DNA of 64,000 nucleotides from a plasmid, in the sequence record NZ_CP123987.1; one strand, written 5' to 3'. Both the position numbers and the translations under genes were made by a program. Of the stretch, positions 22,977 through 30,778 are shown one piece after another (position 1 is the first letter of the stretch; each line of letters begins with the position of its first letter). The notes beneath the pieces were generated by a model. That model searched no databases, was not told where the DNA came from, and saw nothing but the letters and a program-made list of their open reading frames with translations.

Positions 22977-24264
22977 TTAAATGCTCATAACCATAAGGAA
23001 AGTAAACCAACCATCTTTAATTTGATAATTAATAAAAATATCATTATAAGATTGACTTAATTCTTCTATATTAGCTAATCCTAATCCGTCATGATTCTTC
23101 TTAGTTGTAAAACCTGATTTTTTTATATCTTGAATTGTTAGATCGGTATCTCGATAACGATTTCTAATCTCAATTTCAAGTTCACCATTTTCTTGATAAA
23201 TCATAGTATCTATCTTAGCTTCATCACCAAACTCAAGACTTTCTTCAATTGCATTATCGTACACAATTCCTAATATTCTAACAATGTCAAACGAGTTATA
23301 CTTATTCGACAAGTTTTCTATCACAATTCGACATTCAAAAGAATATTGAATATTGTTTTGAAAGATTCTATTCAACTTACTGATAAATAGACTCTTTAAT
23401 AATTCATCTTTAACATTGTCAACATCATTAAACTGCCATAATACTTTATCTTCTAAAGTCTTACTTGAATATTCAGCTAGTTTATCTATTAACTCTTTAT
23501 CATGACTTTTTTTACACTGAGTTTCAAGCTTAATAGCATATTTTGATAATCGTGCTTAAATTTACGTAAACCTCGCTGGCTACTTTCTAACTGTTGTGTA
23601 TAAATTTTTAGATCATTAATTTGTTGTAAACTTAATTTATCCTGCCGTATTTTCTTATTAATGGAATATACAAATAATGAAAAGAACAATTGGCTAACAA
23701 CAACTACCGTAGCTATAATATACGATACTGCATCTATATTAAATACATATGTTGTTAGATAGTAAATAACCATTGAACTAATCCATATGTATAAAATTAA
23801 ATAAAAATACAATAATCCATACTCATCATCTAGTTTCTCTATTATAGTCGTCTTTGTTAAAATTATATATTCAAAAATGTTTAATGACACATCTAATATT
23901 ATCACACTGACCATTGTGTAATAATTTGTAAATAATGTAAAAAATAATGCTGAAGCACCGAATGTTATATAGGAAAATAAATCTAGCATTAACAACCTTC
24001 CACATAATCTGTAATCCAAAGTTAGTTGTCTGTATACAATATAAAAAATAAAAATTTCAATAAATGGTGCAAAAAAACCAATAATATCTCCAACACCATT
24101 AATTAAAAGAATTACAGGAAAAGTAAGAAGTATAAATAATAAATTATACTTCTTACTTTTCCTAGTAGGGGTCAAAAGATAAAAAAACTATATCTACAAA
24201 AAGTATTTATAAATAAAATTAGTGTAGCTACTATATAACCAGATGTTGAATTTAAATTAACCAT
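22977..24264 (-). pseudogene. AgrC-like (HPK10) histidine kinase, frame-disrupted
   Basis: ATG at 24262-24264 overlaps the IP stop (TAATG). The frame is lost at an A7/T7 tract at 24181-24187. The TM sensor plus H-box (RKFKHDYQNML) ORF runs 23489..24175. The HATPase part (GLGLANIEE) 22977..23375 is in the same frame but separated by TAA, TAG, TAG. The intervening 45 nt read sensibly (SHDKELIDKLAEYSSK) only in another frame. Confidence 0.7.
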
Positions 24265-24380
24265 TATTTACAAACACCAAAAAATGTGAATATACATTGC
24301 CATCTTTTAAAGCCACCCTTTTTGGTTGCTCCCCCAGCTATTTTCTGTAACTTCTTTTCTGTTAACACTTCAAACTTCAT
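24264..24380 (-). CDS. Induction-peptide (autoinducer) precursor with double-glycine leader
   Basis: Unannotated 38-aa ORF MKFEVLTEKKLQKIAGG/ATKKGGFKRWQCIFTFFGVCK. RBS GGAGAG 7 nt upstream. Immediately upstream of and overlapping the HK start. Classic IP-HK-RR arrangement. Confidence 0.75.
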   Translation of the reverse strand: MKFEVLTEKKLQKIAGGATKKGGFKRWQCIFTFFGVCK

Positions 24381-24499
24381 AAAAAATCTCTCCTTTGTTA
24401 TCTTTATTACAAATATAGTTTAACATTTTTTAATCTACTTTATTCGTTTTTTATCATATTCGGTTCATTTTAATGCTTATTTGGATGAAATTCTTAAAA

Positions 24500-24688
24500 C
24501 TATAGCCACCACATAAAATTTAACACCCACGCTCTCACATAACTTATTTTCTTATTCTTTTCTATGACTTTCTCATCAAATAACTTATGATGCCCCTCTT
24601 CTTTTAGACTAGTATAAATACTGATAAAAATACTATATGCAACTATTACAGTAATCCCAAATATCATATACTCACTTCCTAATCCCAA
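24500..24688 (-). CDS. Small membrane protein, candidate bacteriocin immunity protein
   Basis: 62 aa with one TM segment, directly downstream of the two bacteriocin peptide genes. Confidence 0.4.
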   Translation of the reverse strand: MGLGSEYMIFGITVIVAYSIFISIYTSLKEEGHHKLFDEKVIEKNKKISYVRAWVLNFMWWL

Positions 24689-24811
24689 AATATATTATGT
24701 TCTATTAAAAATAAAAGTAGTGTCAAATTTAGCTATATACTATAACTTACACTTGACACTACTTGAAGAAAAATAGATTTATTTCTTATTTTCTAATTCA
24801 TTAGACTTATT

Positions 24812-25018
24812 CTAACGGCAACTTGTAAAGCCACCAGAAATTCCACCCGCTACGGCTGACCAGGGTCCACCGATAGCTCCAATTAAAGCTCCACCTACGA
24901 TGCCAGCTCCACAGTGAACCCAGCGATTTCCACTACCACCATAACCATTTTTACCACCATTTACTGATGCTAAGTTATCTTCAGTCATAATTGTGAATCT
25001 TTTATCTAGATTTTTCAT
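24812..25018 (-). CDS. Class IIb bacteriocin peptide (beta-like), GG-leader, Gly-rich
   Basis: MKNLDKRFTIMTEDNLASVNGG leader, then KNGYGGSGNRWVHCGAGIVGGALIGAIGGPWSAVAGGISGGFTSCR with multiple GxxxG motifs. Resembles LafX/GatX-type peptides. RBS AGGAG 9 nt upstream. Confidence 0.8.
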   Translation of the reverse strand: MKNLDKRFTIMTEDNLASVNGGKNGYGGSGNRWVHCGAGIVGGALIGAIGGPWSAVAGGISGGFTSCR

Positions 25019-25035
25019 TTTAAATTACTCCTATA

Positions 25036-25227
25036 TTATAAACAAGTAAGTGCTCCGCCTACCATTCCTAAGTTTGCTCCACCTACAATACCAGCTGGTC
25101 CAAGTGGAACTCCTGCAGCTGCTCCAGCAAATAGACCACCTAAAAAGTTACCTACACAGTTAGGACCACGTTTCCCACCATCAACCTTTGCTAACTCACA
25201 TTCTGTCAATACTGTAAATTCCTTCAT
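25036..25227 (-). CDS. Class IIb bacteriocin peptide (alpha-like), GG-leader, Gly-rich
   Basis: MKEFTVLTECELAKVDGG leader, then KRGPNCVGNFLGGLFAGAAAGVPLGPAGIVGGANLGMVGGALTCL (GxxxG-rich, 2 Cys). RBS AAAGGA upstream. Start chosen at MKEF; an alternative ATG lies 3 nt upstream. Confidence 0.8.
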   Translation of the reverse strand: MKEFTVLTECELAKVDGGKRGPNCVGNFLGGLFAGAAAGVPLGPAGIVGGANLGMVGGALTCL

Positions 25228-25235
25228 CATGATAA

Positions 25236-25493
25236 TCATCCTTTCATATGTTTATTTACTTTCATCGCAGTATCTAATAAGTAAAGTAGTGTACTACCAC
25301 CTACTAGACAAAAAATAGTGACTATTATCATTTTAGGCGTTTGAATATAATCTAAATAAGACATTTCCTCATTACCAAACAGCCATATTCCTAGTGGAAT
25401 CAATAGTGCCCAAATAACTGGAGCAATAACATATCTCTTCTTTCCTCTAATGAATCCACCATCCAACCAAGTCTCCCATAGTTTTTTTAGCAT
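25236..25493 (-). CDS. Two-TM membrane protein translationally coupled to peptide alpha (immunity / accessory candidate)
   Basis: Stop overlaps the peptide start (ATGA). Start chosen at MLKKLWETW because of the RBS AAAGGGTG. Confidence 0.45.
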   Translation of the reverse strand: MLKKLWETWLDGGFIRGKKRYVIAPVIWALLIPLGIWLFGNEEMSYLDYIQTPKMIIVTIFCLVGGSTLLYLLDTAMKVNKHMKG

Positions 25494-25622
25494 GTAAGAA
25501 CACACCCTTTCTAAAACACTTGTGAAACATATACTTACACTTTTATTGTATTATCATTCCGTATTCAAATATCGATTTAGCGTAAAATACGTTATTCTAT
25601 ACCTAGTTGGTTACATTTCTTT

Positions 25623-25796
25623 TTAACTACAAATATTTTGATTTGAGTGTCTTAATCTTTTAAAAAATTTAGTATTAGCAATTGTACAGCCTATATCGTA
25701 ACCAAACTGTCCGCTATCTATATAATCATAAGAATTTCTTCCACCAATTATATGTGCCAATTCTTTCTTATCAACTTGTACAAAATTATTATTCAT
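25623..25796 (-). CDS. Unannotated GG-leader peptide (bacteriocin-like or pheromone-like), 57 aa
   Basis: MNNNFVQVDKKELAHIIGG/RNSYDYIDSGQFGYDIGCTIANTKFFKRLRHSNQNICS. RBS GAGGTG 9 nt upstream. TATAAT box about 30 nt upstream. Below the ORF-track length cutoff. Confidence 0.65.
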   Translation of the reverse strand: MNNNFVQVDKKELAHIIGGRNSYDYIDSGQFGYDIGCTIANTKFFKRLRHSNQNICS

Positions 25797-26028
25797 AACT
25801 TCAACACCTCATAATTTTAAAAATTTATTATAGCTATAATTTACACTTATAATTATTCACTTCATCTGCTCTTTTTGACTATTTCTTCTAATTTTGCTAA
25901 ATTTTATTCTTATTCTCTTTTTTCAACCAGATAGGCACCGCTTACTACCAAATTGGAAAAATCCCCTCAATTCATCACTTTCTATGTGATAATAAAAATA
26001 CTTTTATAATGAATTGAGGTAAAAAATT

Positions 26029-26292
26029 ATGAATAGTTTTTCTAATAATATTAATTTCAGCAAAATTTCTGTTTCACTAATTACTTTATTCCTGTTGATC
26101 TGGACATTAGTTGATGGAAATCTAATTCATCTTGGTATATTGGCTTTTTCTTCTTTGGTTACAACCATGCTACATTTTCACTATTTTGAATCTACTGATG
26201 ACAAACATCCATTAAATAGAATTGATTTTGGATTACAATTACTATTTATCTTTATTTCTATTATTAAGTTTTTCTTGATTTCAGGAAGATAA
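26029..26292 (+). CDS. Small membrane protein (hypothetical)
   Basis: 87 aa, 3 TM segments, RBS GAGGTAAA. Followed by the terminator at 26299-26340. Confidence 0.45.
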   Translation: MNSFSNNINFSKISVSLITLFLLIWTLVDGNLIHLGILAFSSLVTTMLHFHYFESTDDKHPLNRIDFGLQLLFIFISIIKFFLISGR

Positions 26293-26298
26293 CAATAA

Positions 26299-26340
26299 GC
26301 CTATCAGGTATCAAATTACACCTGATAGGCTTATTTATTA
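26299..26340. terminator. Bidirectional terminator
   Basis: AAGCCTATCAGGT...ACCTGATAGGCTT 13-bp perfect stem. Confidence 0.8.
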
Positions 26341-26650
26341 ACAATTTTGTACTTCTTTTTAAATTTTCTTTCTGGTATAATTTTACGATTAGTGAAATCC
26401 AAGTAATCGCCTATATACCCACTTGCATAAGTTGCCCACCAACCTGAAGGCTCATTAAATAAAGTCTTAAAATTCGTCCAAGCACTAATTTTAACAGGTG
26501 CCTTAACTCCATTCATAATAAATAACAATTTATCACCTGATCACTTTAGATAGTTAGCTTTAAATGCTTCTTTTATCCATTCAGGTTGTTCTGCTGTTTT
26601 ACTTATCTGCCATATTTGTACTTCTTTACCTTTATAGATTGCTTTCATAG
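26331..26650 (-). pseudogene. Paralog of the 28767..29120 protein, inactivated by an in-frame TGA
   Basis: MKAIYKGKEVQIWQISKTAEQPEWIKEAFKANYLK*SGDKLLFIMNGVKAPVKISAW...KKYKIVNK is collinear with MKAIYRGRKVDVWQVSRDNVQPDWVKDAFEHNGLRWLHGSGNKVRIYWPAV...KKYRIVSED. TGA replaces the Trp codon. Confidence 0.6.
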
Positions 26651-26869
26651 AAATCACCTTCTACATATAATTAAAGAGCTCTATTAATTACATTTTCATT
26701 ATACTATTTTCATAATACATCCAATGCTAAATTTCTTAACTAGCACTATTTCTTACTTATTTGGTAAATAGTCCAAATAAGTAGTTATTGCTACCATTCC
26801 AGCAGTTTATCACACTATGTAGACATTATTTGCAATAATTACATATATACGATTAGGGGGATTGAAAAA

Positions 26870-27841
26870 ATGAGATACATTAAATTTACTTTACTAATAT
26901 ATTCTTTTTTACTAACTTGGGGAATCACCACGAATAGTATATCAGCGGATGAAGTTACACCTACTACAACATCTGAAACAACAGTTACGCCTCAAAGTCA
27001 AAGTACACCTGTTGATTCTAATGATGAGGATGCTGCAATTGAAGAAAAATTTTACTCTCATGATGTTACAATCGATAAATATAATCAAAATGTGGCAAAC
27101 TTCAATAAAGTTAATACTGATACTGTTAAAACCATGGTTACTGAAAATAGCAACAATCTAGACCAAGTTCTTTACATTGGACGTCCTACTTGTTATTTTT
27201 GTCGGCAAGCTTCTCCACATCTACGTGATTTTAACCAACTAATAAATAATCAGCTTTACTACTATGATATTGATGCTGAACCTAATGCTCATGATTTTGC
27301 ATTTAAAGAAATTGGAATTTCTGGAACCCCAACAACTATGCGTTTAAAGAATGGTAAAGTTGTCAGTGCTTGGATTGGTGGCGAAAAAACAGGACAAGAA
27401 TTTTATGACTTTTTATTTTCTGCAGATGCTAACAAGTTAGCAGATTCCTATATCATAAAGAAAACTGTAAGCACGGATACTTCAAATCCTGTTATTACAA
27501 ATAATCAAAATGTTGAACCAACTGTTAAGCCTATATCAACAAATATAAATCAGCTTAAAGAGGAAAAAACTACTCCTGAATTGGTTAATACTACTTCACA
27601 ATCATCTAAACCTGTTAAAAAAATTCATAATCAAACTACTAATAAGAAAAACAAAAATTCTGTTCTACCACAATTAGGGGTTGTCCCTCTTTATCATCAT
27701 CCATTATTTAAACTTCCTATTCCTCGAATTATCCCTAAGCAATTAGAACGTACTATAATGTTAATTACTTTTCTAGTTCTGTATTTGGGGTTCTTAATAT
27801 ATTTATGGTTGAGCTGGAAAGACATAAATAAAAGGAAGTAG
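26870..27841 (+). CDS. Secreted thioredoxin-like (CxxC) protein with C-terminal TM anchor
   Basis: Signal peptide, CYFC motif in a thioredoxin-fold-like region (YIGRPTCYFCRQASPHL), Thr/Asn-rich linker, and a C-terminal hydrophobic helix plus KDINKRK tail. Confidence 0.6.
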   Translation: MRYIKFTLLIYSFLLTWGITTNSISADEVTPTTTSETTVTPQSQSTPVDSNDEDAAIEEKFYSHDVTIDKYNQNVANFNKVNTDTVKTMVTENSNNLDQVLYIGRPTCYFCRQASPHLRDFNQLINNQLYYYDIDAEPNAHDFAFKEIGISGTPTTMRLKNGKVVSAWIGGEKTGQEFYDFLFSADANKLADSYIIKKTVSTDTSNPVITNNQNVEPTVKPISTNINQLKEEKTTPELVNTTSQSSKPVKKIHNQTTNKKNKNSVLPQLGVVPLYHHPLFKLPIPRIIPKQLERTIMLITFLVLYLGFLIYLWLSWKDINKRK

Positions 27842-28005
27842 ATAAAGACGTAAAATATGCGATATAGCAATAGGACCAATTAGAAAATTTATGCAAATAA
27901 TCGATTTTTGTAGATTCAAAACTACATTTTTGCATAAATTAGTAAATTGGTCCTATCTTTATATTCAACTTTTTTTATTATGTTACTTTTATTATGCGGT
28001 AACTG

Positions 28006-28656
28006 TTATTTTGTTTTTAAATAATCAATAACATCGTTTAATGTTTTACAAACAGCAATAGTTTTCTCTAAATATTCTTTTGCTGGTCTTTTCATATCAG
28101 GTATACAAATAACTGGAATATGTGCATTGTAGGCAGCCATAATACCATTTTCACTATCTTCTAAAACTATTGCTTCATTAGTTGATACATTTGTTTTTTC
28201 ACAAGCTTTTAAGAAAACTTCTGGATTAGGCTTACTTAGTGTTACATCTTCACTAAATACAAATTCGTCAAAGTAGCTGAGAATATCGTACCCTTTTAAA
28301 ATAGAAATCGCTCTATCTTTGGTACTTGATGTTGCCAAAGCTACTTTATAATTATTCTCTTTTAGGTACATAAGTAGAGATTTTACCCCTACTTTTAATT
28401 CCACACCTTGTGAAATAAGTTTGCGTTCAATATTCAAAACTTCATCTAAACATTCCTGATAAGATACCGATAAGTTATATGTATCTATAAAACGTTTAAT
28501 ATTTTCTTTTTCTGTTTTCCCACTATAATGTTTTGCATATTCTTCTTTAGTAAAACTATATCCATATTCAGATAATAATTCCTGATATATTTTTAAAGAT
28601 ACGATTTCTGTATCCACTAGCAATCCATCAAGATCAAATATAGCCGCTTTAATCAC
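28006..28656 (-). CDS. HAD-superfamily hydrolase (subfamily IA, beta-phosphoglucomutase-like)
   Basis: DLDGLLVDTE motif I, S/T motif II, K and DD motifs. 216 aa. Confidence 0.8.
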   Translation of the reverse strand: MIKAAIFDLDGLLVDTEIVSLKIYQELLSEYGYSFTKEEYAKHYSGKTEKENIKRFIDTYNLSVSYQECLDEVLNIERKLISQGVELKVGVKSLLMYLKENNYKVALATSSTKDRAISILKGYDILSYFDEFVFSEDVTLSKPNPEVFLKACEKTNVSTNEAIVLEDSENGIMAAYNAHIPVICIPDMKRPAKEYLEKTIAVCKTLNDVIDYLKTK

Positions 28657-28766
28657 AATAAATCAACCACCTTTCATAATACATATTTATTATATCATAT
28701 AATTATTCAATCTTATTTTGACGTAAAAGTTGATTATCTTGTCATAGACAATTTAATACCTTTACC

Positions 28767-29120
28767 TCAATCTTCAGACACTATCCGATATTTCTTGGCG
28801 AACTTTTCGGCTGTAACGACCTTAGAATTGGTAAAATCGATAACATCTCCCTCAAAGCCAATGTCATACATCGACACGCTGCCACCAGCTATACCAACAA
28901 AAGAAGCTGAAATATCATTCAAAATAGTTCGTACTATTCCCTTTTTTGCCCTAGTAACTGCTGGCCAATAAATTCTGACTTTATTACCACTGCCATGTAG
29001 CCATCGCAACCCATTATGCTCAAAAGCATCTTTAACCCAATCAGGTTGGACATTATCTCTACTCACTTGCCAAACATCTACTTTTCTACCTCTATAGATT
29101 GCTTTCATTTGCTTTATCAC
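28767..29120 (-). CDS. Hypothetical protein (intact member of a 2-copy paralog family)
   Basis: 117 aa. Paralog of the 26331..26650 pseudogene. Confidence 0.5.
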   Translation of the reverse strand: MIKQMKAIYRGRKVDVWQVSRDNVQPDWVKDAFEHNGLRWLHGSGNKVRIYWPAVTRAKKGIVRTILNDISASFVGIAGGSVSMYDIGFEGDVIDFTNSKVVTAEKFAKKYRIVSED

Positions 29121-29128
29121 CTTTCTTA

Positions 29129-29398
29129 TTACTTTTTCCTATCCTTAATAGCCATAACTAATCTATATATCACTAATACTACATATACCAACAGTGCTAT
29201 TAATACTATTATATATAGTATTTTATTCTCATAACCTTCATCAAATATTGTAGTTACTATTAGAAATGTTCCTAATGTTGCTTGCTTTCTAGCTCGTTTA
29301 TCTAATTCACCATATTTTTTCTTATAATTAACTTCCAAAATTGCTGATGTTATAAAAAATATCCAAATAATTGCCTTAATAACTAAATAATCCATCAT
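29129..29398 (-). CDS. Small membrane protein (hypothetical), upstream gene of the 117-aa protein
   Basis: 89 aa, 3 TM segments. Confidence 0.4.
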   Translation of the reverse strand: MMDYLVIKAIIWIFFITSAILEVNYKKKYGELDKRARKQATLGTFLIVTTIFDEGYENKILYIIVLIALLVYVVLVIYRLVMAIKDRKK

Positions 29399-29582
29399 TC
29401 CACCACCTATTCTCTATTTTTGCCATTATTATACTATTTTAATTAAATTTAATTCTATATTTTCTTAATTAATACTATTTTCTGCTTATTTGGTTAACAA
29501 CATATCCATGTATATTATTTCAATAATTTATCTTTTCAAAAAAATAGCGACAAAAACATCGCTGTCTTGCCACTATTCCCAA

Positions 29583-30761
29583 CTATTTAAATAAATTAAG
29601 TTTTGCGATTCTATCAACTGCCTCTTCTAAACGTTCTGGTTCAATTAACAAACCAATTCGTACATAACCTTCTCCATATTCGCCAAAACCATTCCCAGGA
29701 GCTACTGCTACTCCAGCTTCATTTAAAAGCAGATCTGCAAATTCTTCACTACTATATCCCTTTGGTACTTCCATCCAAGCGTAGAACGTTCCCTTAGGTA
29801 CAAAAGCTTTCCATCCGATTTTTTCAGCAGCTTGGATGAACGCATTTCTTCTAGTTTCGTAACGATCTACAATCTTACTGATTTCAGCATCGCGTTCTGG
29901 GGCTTTCAAAGCATCAATTCCTGCATATTGTAGAGCTGGAAAGATACTTACAAATAAATGATCTTGGATAAGATTTAAAGCATCAATGATATCAGCATTT
30001 CCTACCGCAAAAGCAACTCGCCAGCCTGCCATGTTAAAAGTCTTAGAGAAGGTATAAAATTCGATACCAACATCCTTAGCTCCTGGAATCTCCATAAAAC
30101 TTAATGGTCGCTCTCCATCAAAACCAATTGCACCATATGCAAAATCGCTGATGATACCTACTTCATATTTCTTTGCCCAAGCAACTAATTCTTCGTAAAA
30201 TTCTCGAGTTGCGGTCGCACCCGTTGGATTATTAGGGTAGTTAATATAGAAGAATTTAGCCTTTCTAGCAAGTTCTTCTGGAATAGATTTCAAATCTGGT
30301 AAGAAATTATTCTCTTTCAAAAGCGGAACTTTCTCAAAAGTGACCTGCCCAAGTGTAGCTCCAGACCAATAATCTGGATAACCAGGATCAGGTAATAAAA
30401 ATACATCACCAGGATTCATCAAAGCTAGTGGTAGTTCGACTAGGCCAGTTTTAGAGCCACCAAGAACTGCAACTTCTTTTTCTGGGTCGAATGTAGTTTG
30501 ATACTTTTCTTGATAGAAGTCTGCTACAGCTTGTTTAAATTCTGGCTGTCCACGAAACAATGAGTACTTGTGACTTTGCGGACTAGCTACCCATTTTTGT
30601 GTGCTCTTGACGATATATTCAGGAGTTTGTTTATCAGGATTACCTTGTCCTAGATTGATAACATCTACTCCTTCTGCAATTTTTTTGTTAACTTTGATTA
30701 CCAAATTAGCAAAGAATTGCTTTGGTAGATTCTTTAGAATTTCGGATTTCTCAAATTCCAT
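29583..30761 (-). CDS. Class I/II pyridoxal-phosphate aminotransferase
   Basis: 392 aa with the SKTFNMAGWR PLP-lysine motif. Confidence 0.85.
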   Translation of the reverse strand: MEFEKSEILKNLPKQFFANLVIKVNKKIAEGVDVINLGQGNPDKQTPEYIVKSTQKWVASPQSHKYSLFRGQPEFKQAVADFYQEKYQTTFDPEKEVAVLGGSKTGLVELPLALMNPGDVFLLPDPGYPDYWSGATLGQVTFEKVPLLKENNFLPDLKSIPEELARKAKFFYINYPNNPTGATATREFYEELVAWAKKYEVGIISDFAYGAIGFDGERPLSFMEIPGAKDVGIEFYTFSKTFNMAGWRVAFAVGNADIIDALNLIQDHLFVSIFPALQYAGIDALKAPERDAEISKIVDRYETRRNAFIQAAEKIGWKAFVPKGTFYAWMEVPKGYSSEEFADLLLNEAGVAVAPGNGFGEYGEGYVRIGLLIEPERLEEAVDRIAKLNLFK

Positions 30762-30778
30762 CGTCTTTCCTCGCTTTC

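Noticed and set aside
24173-24175. TTG at 24175 as the true histidine-kinase start
   Set aside because: An ATG coupled to the IP stop lies 90 nt upstream and reads 30 sensible hydrophobic codons before a T7 tract, so a frameshift explains the data better.
26540-26550. In-frame TGA in the paralog at 26331..26650 as selenocysteine or readthrough
   Set aside because: There is no SECIS-like context and the organism type uses the standard code. The intact paralog has Trp at this position, so a nonsense mutation is the simplest reading.
27600-27700. LPQLG in the thioredoxin-like protein as a sortase motif
   Set aside because: About 25 residues separate it from the hydrophobic segment, whereas sortase signals have the helix immediately after LPXTG. 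A TM anchor is more likely.
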